A stretch of DNA of 63,090 nt, counting the filler, from Craspedostauros australis (Eukaryota): the NCBI GenBank assembly GCA_030167865.1. It is 17 parts of 17 records of this genome, joined end to end, with 100 filler letters (N's around TTAATTAATTAA, not from the genome) between each part and the next. Parts side by side here need not be neighbours in the genome. Positions count along the whole stretch, not along the records: positions 12,229 to 15,431 come from JALAGF010000288.1; positions 15,532 to 17,675 come from JALAGF010000289.1; positions 17,776 to 20,649 come from JALAGF010000290.1; positions 20,750 to 22,858 come from JALAGF010000291.1; 13 more parts are not named here. One strand, given 5' to 3'. Under the pieces are notes generated by a model. That model saw only the letters and a program-made list of their open reading frames with translations, searched no databases and had not been told where the DNA came from. Shown one piece after another: positions 12,229 through 22,958 of this stretch. Position 1 is the first letter of the stretch. The number at the start of each line of letters is the position of its first letter. The position numbers were made by a program, and so were the translations under genes.

Positions 12229-15200
12229 CATTCTGTCATGAGGGTGTTGTAGGCAAAGATACGCTTCGATCTTGGTAATGCTTGCCTGGTCCGTTCCTGC
12301 CACTGGTCACCCACGCGCACATGGTCCCAATTGACATTTATCTTGGCCATGCATAGCATATCCGCTTCGCTTTGCTTTATAAAGTCCAGGATAACTTTGT
12401 TCTTGAGTTGGCATGCAAGAAGTGGGAGTTGAGAGACGTTCTGGAACACGATCCGTATTGATTTGGTGGATTTGTGTGCCACCACATTCCCACAAGCATA
12501 GTTTCGCCCACTTACTTTGGTGTGATCCTTGTCATGTTGTTAGAGTTCCGCAGCACTGACCTGTGCCAGGTCTGCTTCCGTCCTTGTCATTCTGGGTATT
12601 TTAGGTGGTTGAGCTGCCTTGGCTGTGCGTGGGTTCGTGTTCCTCCTGAAGTTGTGGCTGTTTGCTGTTGGTGTTGCCATTTCTTCGGGCGAGCAGCGGT
12701 GCCTTGTCATACTGCCTATGCCCAGTGATTCACCTGCATTTGGCGTTGGTTGCTGGCTCCGCATGGTGGGCCTACTTCTTTGGATAGCCCTCATGTGTTT
12801 GATGCTGTTGTTGTTGTTGGTCTTGTTGTAGTAGATGTTGTGCTCTGCACTTTTACACTTTCCTTACAAGCTGTTACAGGTGCTGCTGACATCACAGTTG
12901 CTGGTTCTGTTGTTGCCATTGTGCTCTTTGCCGTTTCTCTTTGTTTCTTCATTGTTGTTGTTTATTCTGTTGGCTCTGTGGCTACTGTTGGTGGTGGTGA
13001 TACTGTGTGTATTGTCGGGTCCTTCGCTGTGTTCCCGCCTGTTGAGATAGTTGTCGCTGCTGTTGTTGTCGCGCGCTCGACTGAGTTGTGTTTTGGTGTC
13101 TCTGCTGTTGCTGTTCCTATTGTTGCCGGTTGATAGTGTTGGCTTGTTTTCTGCCGTTCTCGTTGGGGCTGCGCCTGTGGTTTCTTTGTCGCTGGATTTT
13201 TGCTGAGTCCCTTCCTTCCCACGTATTTACTAGTCACTCTTACTTTGTTTACTCTTGGCTTGCGTTCTGGGGGATGCTGCCTGTTGGGTTGTTGGTGTCC
13301 ACGAGGTCGGACCCACCTGATTCGGCATCACTGCTGTTCTTGGCCACTAACTTGGATGCCTGCTTTTCATGCACTTCTTCGCTGCTACTATCCTTGCTAT
13401 CTTCTTCGCTGTCCTCCTTGCTGTCGTCACTGTTGTCATCACTCATGTCATCTCCTTCTGGAATGGTATTCTCTGGGGCAGACAAGTTGAAATCCGTTTT
13501 TGCTTCGGCGGCCGTCGCGAACCTACCTGGGTTGGCAGTCTTGTGGTGGGATGTACGCGTGATGGCTTGCGCGACGTGATCAGCTTGTTGGACCACTGAT
13601 GCCATTGCAAATGTGCCTACGGTGTTGTTGTCCCTGTTTTTAGTGTGGGGGTTGCTTTCCATTTGCACTTCAAACTTCAACAGCAGGACAGGCTTCATGT
13701 TCCCGTCCTTATCCACGTATCCTTCCCACCCCACATCCGCTGGGGTGAGCCCCACCATTTCCTCTGCATCGAGGTCGAGGAAGTTGCCACCAGCTTGAAC
13801 CAGCTGCCCCATCTCCCATTTCCTCCTTGCTCCGAATGAGGCCTGTCTCCCAGTCTACTTCATAATACTGGTTCTGTGCCCACGCCTCTCGTGTGAACCA
13901 CCCTTGACAATTATGGTCAAGCTTCTTGCTGCAAAAGAAGGTGAGCTTCGAAATGGGTCCCAGCACTTAGATTCTCCGTTTGGGATGGAATACGAAGACA
14001 GTTCTGTTGTGGTCCATCCTGCCTGTGTCAATCGACATGAAGAGAGCGAAGTCTGGGTTCCTGGACGATCTGAGGTTCATGATCGCCTCCCTCAGGGTCA
14101 GATTCCAAATAGGCAACTCCACATCAAGCTGTCCAATCGAGTACACTCCTTGGGTTTTCATAGTCTTCTTGAATTGAACCTGGTGGGCTACCATGGAGCT
14201 CAGATTAGCAAGTTCTCTAGGGGGCGGTGGAATCTTTGGTCCAGCGTGTCAGGCATGAACTGCATCTGCTTGTCAAGCAACCGGACCTTGTCGGCACAGT
14301 TGTTGAAGAGTTCTTTCCTGTCTGTTCGGCATTGGAACGAGCGCGACTCTCCGCACATGATGTGTGTCGCTCTCAGTCTGTTGCGGTAGTCTTTGCCTTC
14401 TACCTGGTGTTGCCCTTGCTTTCTCACAAGGTGAATCTCCTGGATCCGCAACTGGACTGTGAACTTGTTTTGGACTAGTTCGCTCATGTTGATTGCCTTT
14501 GTCAGATCATCAGTGTTGGTAGTGCTGTGGCTCCCAAACAACCAACTGGCTGCAACAATGTTGTGCTCCTGGATATCTGACTTGCGAAAATGAATGGCTG
14601 CCATGCTCAGGGTACTGTCATTGTCGAATGCTTCAATCTCCTGCATATGAGCAACTCACAGTCTGCTGTACATCATGGATTCCGTCTTTGCATAGAGACT
14701 CTCCACAATTTGTTTCAGGGTCTCCCTTGTGGACCATGGTACGTCAGCGGAGGACAATGGACGCATTGTGTTGTTCTTATGCCACGCCATGATCTGCGCC
14801 TTCGAGTCCGCCCTGAAAATGAATGCACAAAGGGCGTTCATACTGGCAATAACCTGCACCAGCGGGGAGTCATGGCCTTCACGCATCATGGGGAGTTGGA
14901 CGTCAAAGAACATCTTGTGGTACTTGCTGATCACATCATTCACACTGTGGAGGTCTTGCAGTTTTGGCTGCTTGTGCGGAAACGTCACAACCTTGTGTCT
15001 TAGTTTTCACTGTTTCTTGTTTTGCCACCAGGTTGGGGGATTTCGCCTGTTCTTCTTTTTCGTTGTCCAGAGGCATGCCTTTGACCATCATGAGTGCCAT
15101 CCTCACACCAATCCATGCTGCTGTCTTGTGTGTTGCCTTGATCTGCTCGGACTTCCACAGCCCTCCGGAGAATTTGTTGGAGGTGGCAACCAGTCTGACG

Positions 15201-15431
15201 CTCAGCTTGACCATGTGCAGGTTCATGCCTGCGGACATCTTGTTGAAGTACACATTGTGAAACATGCCCGTCCAGTCATCAAGAGAGGCACCCTCTTTCA
15301 GGGCCCTGTCCAGGTCCTTCACAAATGCCAGCACTTCATCCATTGCACCTTCTTCCCCCATCATGTGCACAAAGGGTTCAGACCCTCTGATCAGCAGGTT
15401 GCGTTCCTGGAGGATGTCACCCCATTTTCGC
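12229..15431 (-). mobile_element. Degenerate non-LTR retrotransposon 5' part (broken ORF1 and start of an APE-endonuclease ORF2)
   Basis: 12229-12485 encodes IRIVFQNVSQLP..ADMLCMA(K)INVNW, an APE N-terminus with the catalytic E mutated to K. Upstream lie same-strand ORF fragments (14988-13249) broken by stops and frameshifts, including SWLFGSH. Confidence 0.65.
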
Positions 15432-15531
15432 NNNNNNNNNNNNNNNNNNNNNNNNNNNNNNNNNNNNNNNNNNNNTTAATTAATTAANNNNNNNNNNNNN
15501 NNNNNNNNNNNNNNNNNNNNNNNNNNNNNNN

Positions 15532-15872
15532 CCCAAATCGATCGGAAGAGAGTGAACAACAAACTCTCTCTCCGACCATCACGAAATTGATGTCTCCTCT
15601 CTCGAATGGCAACATTGGCACCGCAATGATTGCACGTGGGAGACTCAACGCTCCACTATGTTACTACTAATAGAGATGATGCAGATCCAACTACAATGGA
15701 TGCTGCTCATCAACTGCTCACAATCCTTTTGAAAGTCTCATTTGGATTCGTNNCAGCTTTTAAAGACTAAGANACACACTCACACACAAACTCACCAACC
15801 TACTGCACTACCACGGATTGATCACCCTTCGGCGTACAGTAAGTTACCCTCGTTTTCAATATCGTTCTATCA
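15532..15872 (+). repeat. 341-bp repeat, probably an LTR end (ends TATCA); left arm of an inverted pair
   Basis: Reverse complement of 17335-17675, identical apart from three Ns. Similarity stops exactly at ..GTTCTATCA. Confidence 0.85.
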
Positions 15873-17334
15873 TCGTATGCGCCTCAGGATGGCGATGCTG
15901 TCGTTGTTGTCAACTGTGAAGATGTGCGTGCGCTCGATTCGTCGCAGGCGTCCGTGTATCGCGCGAACAGCGTGCTTTGCCCGTTTTGTATTGTTGTTGA
16001 CTGTCGATTGTGCCTGTCGATTGTGCCTGTCGTGTCGTTTTGGCTCGTTGGCGATGATGTATCGCGCCACGAGCTCGGGATGGTCTGCCCTCAGGATATC
16101 GTGTCAGAACTATTGAGTTTCATTGTTGTCCCATTTCACATTGAGATGGAGATGTCAGTCTTGGAATGAGTGGCCTGCGATGGATGTAATTGCTGGTTCG
16201 TTCTTGTTGTCTTTCGTGATCTGATTTGGAACATCTCATCATGCTCGCACTCAGCCAGAGTGTCGATATGCCCCTGAATCCGCTGCTGGGGAGGATCTGG
16301 AATCCTCACTGCTTCATAGTCATCAGATTCTCTTTAGATGTCTGCAGTTGAGAGCTTGTCTTCCCTTTGCCGTCGGATATCATGCTCGTAGGCCCGCTGT
16401 TGCGGTTGTTGTTGTCATCAATGATGACGTTCTGCTGACCGAACCATCAGTTGTCATGCGGAATAGCATTGTCGTTGACCACGACGCCCCTGACCTCCAG
16501 TGGTTCCTCCTCAGGAATGCGAGCAGCCGCCCCCAACCGCACAGTACTCGCGTCAATGGCCTCACGGACCTGTCAAGCGAGTTGCACCAGCATTGTCTTG
16601 GTTCGCGCTCGTTGCCCCAAGTTGTCTCTGGTAGTAGTGTGTATGAGATCGAGGCGTGCGATGCGCTGAACTTCCTCGTCAGTGATTTGCGGAGCGCTTG
16701 CGTCTTCTGCAATTCGCGGTTCCACAATGTTCTGTACCAGGGCGGTGCCTTTGGTTTTGTCGTCGCCCCATTGCAACCATATGTTGTACGTGAAAGGGTC
16801 TCCATGGTCCCATGCGATTCCCAAGAAGTGTCCAGGCTTGAATGGGTGATGCGGAAACTTTGTCATCAGCTTGAAATACCAGACCTGTTGAATAACGTAA
16901 ACCTGAACATGGAGATGTCCAGAGTGTTCCTGTGGAGCAGTTCAATGGGATTCTTCCATTGGATGCTCTCCTTTGCCATGTAGTTCCATACATCGATGGC
17001 GTGTTGTACCGCGTAGCACCAGAAGGTGAGTGGTACGGACGCTGCCCAAAGCAATTTGTATGCATGTCGCTTGATGTCGCCGATCGGCCGCTCCACTTGG
17101 TTTTGATTCTGATTCATGGAAGCAGTGAAGGAGTGCTCGATCATGTACCGCATTGTCACAGCCTTCCATTCCTTGACAGCTTGGACCTGTGAGTAGTCCA
17201 AGATGAGTACATCAGGTGCCCTGACCTGCATGATGAAGTCGGTGAGCGCCCCTGGCGCCATCGCCTCTCGTCGGAGTGGCTTGGTCCAGATGGATTTGGA
17301 CTCGCTGTGTGCAAAGAGCTGGAAGCACTTGTAG
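15873..17334 (-). mobile_element. Degenerate copia (CoDi-like) integrase region
   Basis: ALTDFIMQVRAPDVLILD..QNQNQVERPIGDIK..PLTFWCYA..PIELL..DISMFRF, then after a frameshift PGHFLGIAWDHGDPFTYNI. Confidence 0.8.
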
Positions 17335-17675
17335 TGATAGAACGATATTGAAAACGAGGGTAACTTACTGTACGCCGAAGGGTGATCAATCCGTGGTAGT
17401 GCAGTAGGTTGGTGAGTTTGTGTGTGAGTGTGTGTCTTAGTCTTTAAAAGCTGTAACGAATCCAAATGAGACTTTCAAAAGGATTGTGAGCAGTTGATGA
17501 GCAGCATCCATTGTAGTTGGATCTGCATCATCTCTATTAGTAGTAACATAGTGGAGCGTTGAGTCTCCCACGTGCAATCATTGCGGTGCCAATGTTGCCA
17601 TTCGAGAGAGGAGACATCAATTTCGTGATGGTCGGAGAGAGAGTTTGTTGTTCACTCTCTTCCGATCGATTTGGG
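17335..17675 (-). repeat. 341-bp repeat, probably an LTR end; right arm of the inverted pair
   Basis: Begins TGATAGAAC on the + strand and is the inverted copy of 15532-15872. Confidence 0.85.
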
Positions 17676-18668
17676 NNNNNNNNNNNNNNNNNNNNNNNNN
17701 NNNNNNNNNNNNNNNNNNNTTAATTAATTAANNNNNNNNNNNNNNNNNNNNNNNNNNNNNNNNNNNNNNNNNNNNCGCCCGGCATGCCTCACACGAGTCA
17801 CTGCAATGGCAGCTGGCACTGCCACGTGCGTCTCCCGCATGTATGTAATATATGTACAGCCATATGTAATGGCATGCAACCACACAGCAAGGCAAGACCT
17901 GCCAACATGATCCATTCCCACTGAATGGTTCATGTGGAATGAATGCAGCAGTACGAAAACACCGGTGGCACATAGTTTTGGAATACAGTCTATATGGTAC
18001 AACAATAACAGAAAAATATCTGTACACAGCATGCATGGGGAGGAAGAGAGAAGCAACTTGCATTGTTCGTATGGTAGGCTGGACCACTATTAGTTGTTAC
18101 AGGGTGGTGGTAAAGTGTGGATGCAAGTTATGGACGAAGTTGCAAAGGAGGATGGGCTTGTTCTCCCAAACCCAAAGCAAGTCACAATACACGAGGAAAG
18201 CAACAGCAGAACCTGTGAAATGGCTGATTCCAACGAAGACCAAGAAAATATGGAAAATAGCAACAATGGACCCACTTTCTATTCTTTCTGAGTCGCATTT
18301 ACAAAAAAACGCCGTTTTCCCTTCCCCCCCATTGACGGAAGATTGACGGTTCTCGTCAAAAAGTCGGACCGACGGAGCATTGCTACAACACGGCGCACTG
18401 CGAGAGCCTCGGAAGGACGGACCAACTGGCCAAAAAATGTCTCCCCCCGCGACTCGTTGGTTTGTGACTGAATGGGCTCATAAGGAGAGGTAGGAGAATA
18501 CGAATATGTACGTTGATTGGATATCTGAGACAAAAGTTCTGGAGTCCCGTAACAAAGTGCAGGTCGACTCACTAAGTGGGGTCTTATTGTATCTTCATGT
18601 GCTTCCGTACCTGGCGAATATTCGCGCCCACTTTCTGAATTGCCACTGTCGGCATCAAATGGGTAAGA

Positions 18669-20186
18669 TCAACCATCGAAACAGCCGGGCGGGGTTGGGC
18701 AGACAGATGCATCGGCGCTAAGGATCTTGAACAGGTTGGCTTTGGCGTACTCGATGGCTTTCGTCGCATTGACGACGTCTCCGTCCGTTGCAGCCAAATT
18801 GGCCCCGGCAATTCTGGCACAGATTACCCTTGGGTCTGAAAAAGTGCGTTGGAATTCGAGGTATTCGCAGAAGCTGCTGTGGAATAGCATGCCCTTGTTG
18901 TGGGCGACAAAGTAGCCTTCCAGTAAGTCTTGGTATGCGAGGACCTTGCGATCGCCCAGGTCATTGTCCAGTGGGGTTTGTGCAGCCAGTTCGGCCGAAG
19001 TTGGAATTGTAATTGGATTCACCACTGAGGCCAAAAATGATGTAACACCAGCCACGATCACCAATTCGAGAAAGAATCTGTCGATGCGGCCATTGTACTC
19101 CAAATAGTCGACCAATCCATCTCCGATGAGGATAGAAGGGGCAGACAGTTGCTGGAATACCGAGCCCCCATCCAAGTTTCTAAACCGCCTCCAATCGTCC
19201 CATCAGTTGTCAATTTCCCGGAGTAGAATAATATTGGGGTAAGAAGAGGATTGGAGAAGTTGCCAGGCAGGAAGTTCGCGATCGCCCCTTGCACACCCGC
19301 GATAGGCTCGTCAGTGACGCCCGGTAAAGCGCCCAAGACGGCCTTGAGCAGCGCAGTGTCTTGGTAAAGTTGTCCCTTCATTGCTCGGATTTCAATTTTG
19401 CGCAACTGGGCCTGGTCAACGGTGGGATCCAACGACCAGAAGGCCACGGACTTGTCCAGAACGTCGCAGCTCAACTGGGTGTACTCTCCGTTGCGTCCCA
19501 CTCCCGGATTGCCTTCGACGCAGGCATTCGATCCACCGAAGGTGGCGATCAGATCCATGGGTGTAGGGGCGCGATCCCCGACAGGAATGACTGCGAAGCT
19601 CGCAAGCTGCTTGGCGACCTGGAGATTCTCGATTTGAGAAAACTGGTCATAGTACCACGCTTTGCTGCTCAACCTCCAGGATTCGGTGTCGGCTTCCATA
19701 CCATCGGGTAAGGTGGCCCCCATCTTCGAGTTCTTGGATTCGGGACTATTGTTGGATCCTTTGAGGTCACGCGACTTTTGTAACATGACGTCTAAGTCTG
19801 AAATAATGTAGAGTAGCAAGAGTGAGCGAACGAGCGAGAGTGTTTGTGTGGGCGGATGTGAGAAAAGCGGGTACATGTTGTTGGGATATGTGTGGTTTTC
19901 AGTACATTACATTGTACATGAAGAACTGTTGGTGCTGTTGTTGTTACTCGTGCTGCTGCCACTGCAGTTGCTGCTCGATCATTGGAATGGCGGCAATATG
20001 CACCGATGAGGTCATCGACGAATTGACTTGCTCGAGCGAGAGCAACACAACAACAACAGAGCAGGTGCCAATGAAGAGGGATATAGAACTATTTAGCTTG
20101 TGTTCTGCGTACCTCCAGCCGAAGCGAACTGAGAGACTGTGCCCATCAGGGATAGCACGAGAGCTGCTTTTCCGAAGGAAACCATG
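18669..20186 (-). CDS. Putative secreted protein of unknown function (multi-exon; frame change near 19180)
   Basis: Exon 1 MVSFGKAALVLSLMGTVSQFASAG looks like a signal peptide and is followed by a GTACG donor. Acceptor TTTCAG at about 19798. Coding-like ORFs 19797-19180 and 19175-18669 are in different frames. Contains RDLKG..SKNSK. Confidence 0.55.
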
Positions 20187-20749
20187 ACTACGATTGTGTT
20201 GTTGTTGCTGTTGTTAGTGATGGTGGTGTTGGTCAAATGGCACGTGAAGTGGTGTGAATGTTGTCCGTTATTATTTGTATTCGGTTATCTTGGGCACGTG
20301 TACGAGCGGGCAAACAGATCGTTGTCGTTGTGGCTGCTGGTGTGGTTGTCTGAACTGATGATTGATTGATTGATTTTATGACAGGATGGAGCGAGGATCG
20401 ATCGTCACCCAATGGCCAGATCAGCTTTTGTTGCTCCGACGTTGAAGAGGTTCGATCAGTGGGCATAGCACTCCAATACAACTGGAACTGAATCTTCTCT
20501 GCGGAGCATTTTGGTTCAATTCCTTGGTGATGTTCATGTTGCGACAGTCGCGAAATGCTATTTGGCTTTCACCGATTCGTGGATGAAGCGATCCGTGCAC
20601 GCGCGTGGCATCGCGCATCTCCGTTGACTGGTTGGATTGACTATTAATANNNNNNNNNNNNNNNNNNNNNNNNNNNNNNNNNNNNNNNNNNNNTTAATTA
20701 ATTAANNNNNNNNNNNNNNNNNNNNNNNNNNNNNNNNNNNNNNNNNNNN

Positions 20750-22387
20750 CGAACGGAATGGTGAATGGTCCGAACAAGCCAACACGGCTGTGATGTTGGA
20801 TCCAACAACGTTCGAGGAGTGCTGGGATCATGCGGATCCCAAGAAGAGAGAGAAGTGGCGTGGAGCCATCAACAAGGAATTCACCGACATGGCCAGAAGA
20901 GGAGTGTGGCAGAAGATCAAGAAGAGCGAGATGCCAGACGATCGGCGATGCGTGAAGACCAAATGGGTGTTCAAGGAGAAGAGGAACGGCGTATTCCGCG
21001 CCCGACTGGTTGCATGTGGGTACTCCCAGATTGCAGGAGTCGACTTCTCAGCGCATCATGCACCGGTGATCCACGACGCAACCTACCGAGTGATGCTAAC
21101 CATGAAGATGCTTCTTCGAATGGACTGCATCATCATTGACTTCGAGACAGCGTTCTTGCATGGGGATCTCGAAGAGGAGATTTACATGCAATGCCCGAAA
21201 GGCATGAGGCATGAGGCCGATGAATGCTTGCTGCTCAAGAAGACAATCTATGGGCTCGTGCAGAGCGCCAGGCAATGGAACAAGAAGCTGGTCGACATCA
21301 TGATCGAAATGGGATTCAGACAAAGCAAGGTGGATCCATGCCTCCTGATTCGGAATCAGGAAGGGAGAATGCTACTGATCGGAACCTACGTCGACGACTG
21401 CCTGTGCATCGGGGATGAACAGGAGCTGAAGAACCTCGTGGGGGACATCAAGGCGAAGCGATTTGGTATCAAAGTGGAGGAAGATCTCGACGACTATCTC
21501 AGTTGCAAGATCAACTTCAACCACGACGAAACCAACTGCTGGGTGAACCAACCGCACATCATCAACAACATCGTCAGTACCTTCAAGGACGATGTGATGA
21601 AGCTGCAACGATACGGAACACCAGGGACGCCAGGGCAAGGCATCCAGAGAGAGAGAGTGACTCACCAAAGGTCGACAAGCAGCGACACAGCAACTACCGA
21701 AGCGGAGTGGGAATGCTGCTGTACCTGGTGAAGCACTCACGACCCGACATCGCCAATGCAGTGCGAGAACTGACCAAGGTGTTGGATGGACCAACAGCCG
21801 CAGCGTACAAGGAGATGCTGAGAGTCATGAAGTTCGTGTCGGATACTAGAGAGTACGGTCTGAAGATGAGACCGAAACCCCTGGAGAACGATGCATGGAA
21901 GATTGTGGTGTACACCGACAGCGAGTTCGCTGGTGACAAGGACAATCGCATCAGTGTGGGAGGACACCTCGTCCTACTACAAGGAGTGCCTATCATCTGG
22001 AGATCGAAGGCACAGCGCAGCGTGACGCTGAGCTCAACGGAGGCAGAGTACGTTGCACTGTCGGAAGCAGGCAAGGAGATCCGCTTCCTGACGCAACTGA
22101 TGAGTGACATTGGGTTGGAGATACACAGGCCGACAGACGTGATGGTTGACAACGTGGGAGCAATCTTCATCGCTTCCAACCCATCTACATCGGCCAGAAC
22201 NAGNCACATCGATATCCNACATCACTTCATCCGAGAGCTGATTGCNAACAAAGAGGCTAGAGCCCGGTTCGTACGTTCAGAGGACANCATCGCAGACGGC
22301 TTCACCAAGAACACGAAGAAGGAGATCTACGACAGACACAAGGGAGATATCATCCAGCCTCGGTCAGCAGTGGACAGAGAAGAGTGA
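20750..22387 (+). mobile_element. Ty1/copia reverse transcriptase + RNase H, with one frameshift
   Basis: KWVFKEK, RARLVACGYSQ, DFETAFLHG, IYGLVQSARQW and YVDD. In a second frame: YLVKHSRPDI, YTDSEFAG, SSTEAEY, DNVGA and ADGFTK. The frame changes in the (GA)n run at about 21647-21659. Confidence 0.96.
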
Positions 22388-22458
22388 GAGGGATGGTGGT
22401 GCAAGAGAGTGATGGAGTGTGAAGTCTATGGTATGATGTCGATGCGACAATGGAAGGG

Positions 22459-22858
22459 TGTCAGGAATCGAGGGTACGATTATGTCGTATTATCCTAGAT
22501 TGCCGCACCTCCCATAATACCAAAATTAGACTGACCGATCTATCAAAGTCGGACACGCTCCCAAGTCNNNNNNNNNNNNNNNNNNNNNNNNNNNNNNNNN
22601 NNNNNNNNNNNNNNNNNNNNNNNNNNNNNNNNNNNNNNNNNNNNNNNNNNNNNNNNNNNNNNNNNNNNNNATGGATGTGAAAGGGAGACCGGAACACCGA
22701 AGTGTTCCAAGCATGAGGGTTGACCGGTTAACCTGAAACATCTATGCGAAAACGCTATCACGGTTGAGTCGCTTGGAACCCAGAACATGATTACGTGACT
22801 GACAGAGAACCAGCGAAGGAGAACAAAGCGCGGACTGGAACAGCATCGAAGGACTGGA
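22459..22858 (+). repeat. Probable 3' LTR (partial), preceded by a polypurine tract
   Basis: About 70 bp after the RNase H stop, GGAAGGG (22452-22458) is followed immediately by TGTCAGG. Confidence 0.7.
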
Positions 22859-22958
22859 NNNNNNNNNNNNNNNNNNNNNNNNNNNNNNNNNNNNNNNNNN
22901 NNTTAATTAATTAANNNNNNNNNNNNNNNNNNNNNNNNNNNNNNNNNNNNNNNNNNNN

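Noticed and set aside
15532..17675. piggyBac-like CCC..GGG termini
   Set aside because: These are simply where the contig is cut; no flanks are visible and the interior is a retroelement integrase.
1..22858. One giant copia element from the protease/integrase contig to the RT contig, carrying host genes
   Set aside because: Six spacers intervene. The two pieces may be one family, but physical linkage cannot be inferred.
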